Positions 60,418 to 64,000 of a stretch of DNA of 64,000 nt are shown here, one piece after another. This stretch comes from Octopus sinensis. Lineage: Eukaryota. The notes under the pieces are model-generated. The model saw only the letters and a list, made by a program, of their open reading frames with translations. It was not told where the DNA came from and searched no databases. The DNA lies in assembly GCF_006345805.1 (NCBI RefSeq), contig NC_043002.1:98146001-98210000 (forward strand). The letters are read 5' to 3'. Position 1 is the stretch's first letter. Each line of letters opens with the position of its first letter. Position numbers and translations under genes: made by a program.

Positions 60418-60600
60418 TGTCATCACCATCATATAACGTCCGTTCTTCATGCTGGCATGGGTTGGTCGGCTTAACTGGAACTGACAATGACAGGGGCTGC
60501 ACAAAGTTCCATAGTCTGTTATTGCTTGGTTTCCACAACTAGATGTCCTTCTTAGTACTGAGTGCACTGGGTGCTTTTTGCGTGGTACGAGCACCGGTGC
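60418..60600 (-). mobile_element. (GAT)n-tailed SINE/RTE-type 3' fragment
   Basis: Reverse complement ends cccatgccagcatgaagaacggacgttatatgatggtgatg. Confidence 0.55.
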
Positions 60601-60629
60601 TTAGGTGGCACAATCATGCGCACCAATGC

Positions 60630-60985
60630 TTTTCACACTGCGGCCATACTGGGAGACCGCCTTGAAGAATTTTTAGTTCAATGAACTGACGCCAGAATTT
60701 ATTTGTTTGTAGGATGGTACATATTCTATCTGTCTCTTTTACCGAACTGTCAAGTTAAGGAGGCATAAACATACCAACACCGGTTGTTAAGCGATGGTGG
60801 TCGACGAACTCAGACGCAAAGACATAAACACAAGCTTCTTTCAGTTTCCGTCTACCAAATCCACTTACAATGCACTGGTTGGACCCGGGCTACAACACAA
60901 GCCACTTACTCAAGGTGCCACGCAGTGGGACTGAACCTCGAATCATGTGGTCGGGAAACGAGCTTCTTACCATACAGCTACGCCT
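60630..60985 (-). mobile_element. SINE family A, diverged
   Basis: ctgcggccatactgg..ttctttcagtttccgtctaccaaatccac..gggactgaacc. Confidence 0.85.
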
Positions 60986-61619
60986 GTATAAATGTATATT
61001 TTTCTTTAATTCCGTCGCCGCCCTTTTCTCTCTCTTTCTCTCTCTCTCTCTATTTTCCTCTCTCTCTCCCTCTCTCCTTCACTCACATCATTGTTTTATT
61101 CAGACACAATTAATCGTCAGTCTCTTTACCCCTGTATTTTATTACATATCAAGATTTAAATTTATTTTATTCATTTATTTTTTTTCTCCACCCGTGGCTA
61201 TCATTTTTCACCTTCTCCGACACCTTTCTTTGCCGATCTCGACCCACGAGAAGACCTGAAGAGCAGTTAGATTGTCAAGCCAATGGCGGGTTATATTTCT
61301 CTTTACTGTCATAAGATCAGTAAGTGTTATACCACACACAAATTATCAGAGCATTTCTTAATCACGGACTGCAGCTGGTCCACAGCCGAGCCACGCCCAT
61401 TACAAAACTTCAGAACTATCAAATAGCAATCAGATTTTGTTTTACCTCACACTATTAGTTACTAAAACTTTGGCTCACGTTACGAAATCCAACCACTAAA
61501 GACCTTCCTTCGTTACGCAGCATTTTACCTCGTCACTTTTCTCTGAAAATCATTTTGAATTTGATCTGTCTAAAACACACACCAACGCACACAAATATAT
61601 ACACACTTTCTGACTCAGG

Positions 61620-61905
61620 CATCACACGCGCGCGCGCACACACACACTTACACACATACACACAAACAAACAAACAAGCGTGCACACACGCACACGCACA
61701 CGCACACGCACACGCACACGCACATACGCACAGACACAGTTATACACACACACATATAAACAAACAAACATGTTCACACACACACACACACACAAACAAA
61801 CAAGCATGCTCACACACATACGCACACACACGCACACACACACACACACAAACAAGCATGCACACACACATACGCACACACACACGCACACACACAAACA
61901 AGCAT

Positions 61906-61940
<35 letters not shown>

Positions 61941-62020
61941 AGCATGCACACACACATACACACACACACGCACAAACAACAAACAAACAAAGAGTGCACG
62001 CACACGCACATACACACACA

Positions 62021-62055
<35 letters not shown>

Positions 62056-62097
62056 CACACACACACACACACGCGCGCACACACACAAACAATCATG

Positions 62098-62131
<34 letters not shown>

Positions 62132-62196
62132 CACACACACACACACACGCACACACACAAACAAACATGCACACACACACACACACACACACACAC

Positions 62197-62269
<73 letters not shown>

Positions 62270-62300
62270 AACAACCAATCAAACATGCACACACGCTACG
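61620..62300. repeat. About 700-bp (CA)n-rich compound array with caaacaagcatg interruptions
   Basis: Directly visible. Confidence 0.95.
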
Positions 62301-62390
62301 CAAAGGTGATTTATTTTCTAATGAGCTGTTAAGTTTCAGTTCGAAATTTTAACACAAATTCAACGGAGCAATCACTAAGTCTATACGTGC

Positions 62391-62433
<43 letters not shown>

Positions 62434-63479
62434 CATGTGTGTGTTTGTGCGCGCGTACTCGCGCGTGCGTGCGAGTGTGTGTATGTGTGTGTGTGTTTTT
62501 TGGGCAAGGCTCTAAGTATCCGAATGAATTACCATATCACACACACTCTTGCGAAAGTAATACTTATCATATCAACTTTCATTCTTTCGTATCATAAAGA
62601 GTTTGCTTTGTTTGTAAAGAATTTCTTAATGAAAATGATCGTTTAGGAGTAAATTTGTTTGCAGCTCAATGATACTGTGACTATAACCGTTTTGGCCTTT
62701 TTTTTTTTTATTGTAGTTGTTGTTGATGTTCGGGTTGTTTATGTTGTCATTGCTGTACTTGTTTTTGTCATTGTTTGTTGTTTTGCTCAAGCTCAGCTTG
62801 TAATTAAGCTGATAGTTAAGCAAAGACATTCTATGAATATATAATCTGATGTGCATTTTCTTCTTTCTTTAAGAGGGTAGGATATGATATTGCTACTATT
62901 TCTAGGATGTCAATTGCCCACGTGTAGCCCATTCGTCACCTCCGTCGCTACGGTTATAAACATATTAAAGTACAAGTGACCTATCACTTGAAGTCAATAT
63001 TTTCTAAGTCGTTTTCTATTCTAACTACCTCGATGTTCTATAGTAAATTAATTTTCTGGAAATGGTTTCAACGTTGTTCTACTGTTTGTTTTTCCCTATT
63101 TCTCAAAGCGCTAAAGAAATTATTATCTCCCTTGTAAAATCTGCCCTTACTAAGAAAACCAGATGGACATAAAGAACGATTCTTATAAAGTAGGACCTTA
63201 GGTGTTTGTACACCACCAGTGACGGTAAAAAGCCCCTGGTAAGTAACCTTCAACTCATAAGCCATCAACGGTTAAAAAACAATGAGTTTTTTAACATTCA
63301 TGCTATATTGCAGATCAAGTTGAACGTTTACTGTTTCACATTACATGCAAAGTTAAAACAAAACATTTTTTTTATTCATTATTAATACTAATGTATAACA
63401 AACTTACGGTATCATGTTTTTAAAAATTATTGAAGTATTAATGTGAATATTCTAGAGTCTTAAATTATATGTTTTTCTT

Positions 63480-64000
63480 TTTTTTATATCCGCGGCGTTC
63501 CCGACAGGCTGCGTAGCTCGCAGGGAGATGAAAGAGTTTCCAGGTCGAACTATTATTTTTATTTCTTCACATTGGGAGGTCACAGTTCCGGTACTTTGGA
63601 CATGTAATTTGAATGTTGTTGGAAAGGATCGCAAGATAAATTCTTCAATCCGAGCCAATCGACAGATCTAGGGATAGACTAAGAATGAGATGGTTACGTA
63701 ATATCCAAAGTTTCATTTGACAGTCTGAAATGTAACGACGGTTGCTTCTGATAAGAACAGTTAGCGGAGAAGATGGATAGATGGTTGCATGGATGGATAT
63801 CTGCGGCGTATCCAGATACTCCTTGCAAGTCGCCATACAAGAACCATTGTTCAACAAGGATATACTGGCTAACTGAGGATCGATTGAACGAGCTCATATA
63901 TAGGGGTCCGTGCCAATCCACTAGGGAATTGACCCAGCAGAAGTTAAGCTCTCGTGATATCGTCACACATCACCTTCACTCAATAAGTAAGCTCCAAATG
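63480..64000 (-). pseudogene. Possible very decayed Ty3/gypsy RT fragment
   Basis: Scattered motif-like pieces across frames: GAYL, ISREL, DLQGVSGYAADI, NYMSKVPEL, TSQCEEIKII. Confidence 0.3.

Overview
Eukaryotic, AT-rich window made almost entirely of repeats. I found no host protein-coding exon I can support, and almost all long ORFs in the supplied track are microsatellite translations. The tRNA-headed SINE families and the extreme (TA)n/(CA)n/(TATG)n density suggest a coleoid cephalopod, probably Octopus; this is inference and was not checked against a database. Three recurring SINE families are labelled here A (tRNA head, internal microsatellite, 3' stem-loop tail), B (young, about 380 bp, clear TSDs) and D (about 235 bp, often self-nested). 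Decayed coding TEs include an L1/Tx1-type ORF1, hAT transposase, a Penelope-like RT+GIY-YIG element, Ty3/gypsy remnants, CR1-group and RTE 3' ends, an R4/Dong-type RLE LINE, two mariners and Helitrons. MITEs with TIRs and TSDs are also present. The most notable signal is a set of type-I hammerhead ribozyme motifs in AT-rich, (TA)n-adjacent non-coding repeats. The best is a complete one at 32116-32202 (-) inside a ~500-bp direct+inverted repeat unit (retrozyme or Penelope pseudo-LTR-like). Two more near-intact motifs lie at 49829-49900 (+) and 50933-50990 (-), plus several decayed or variant ones. Other notable items are an R4-type LINE flanked on both sides by (TATG)n, recurrent fold-back hairpins next to (TA)n, and SINE-D copies nested into their own family.
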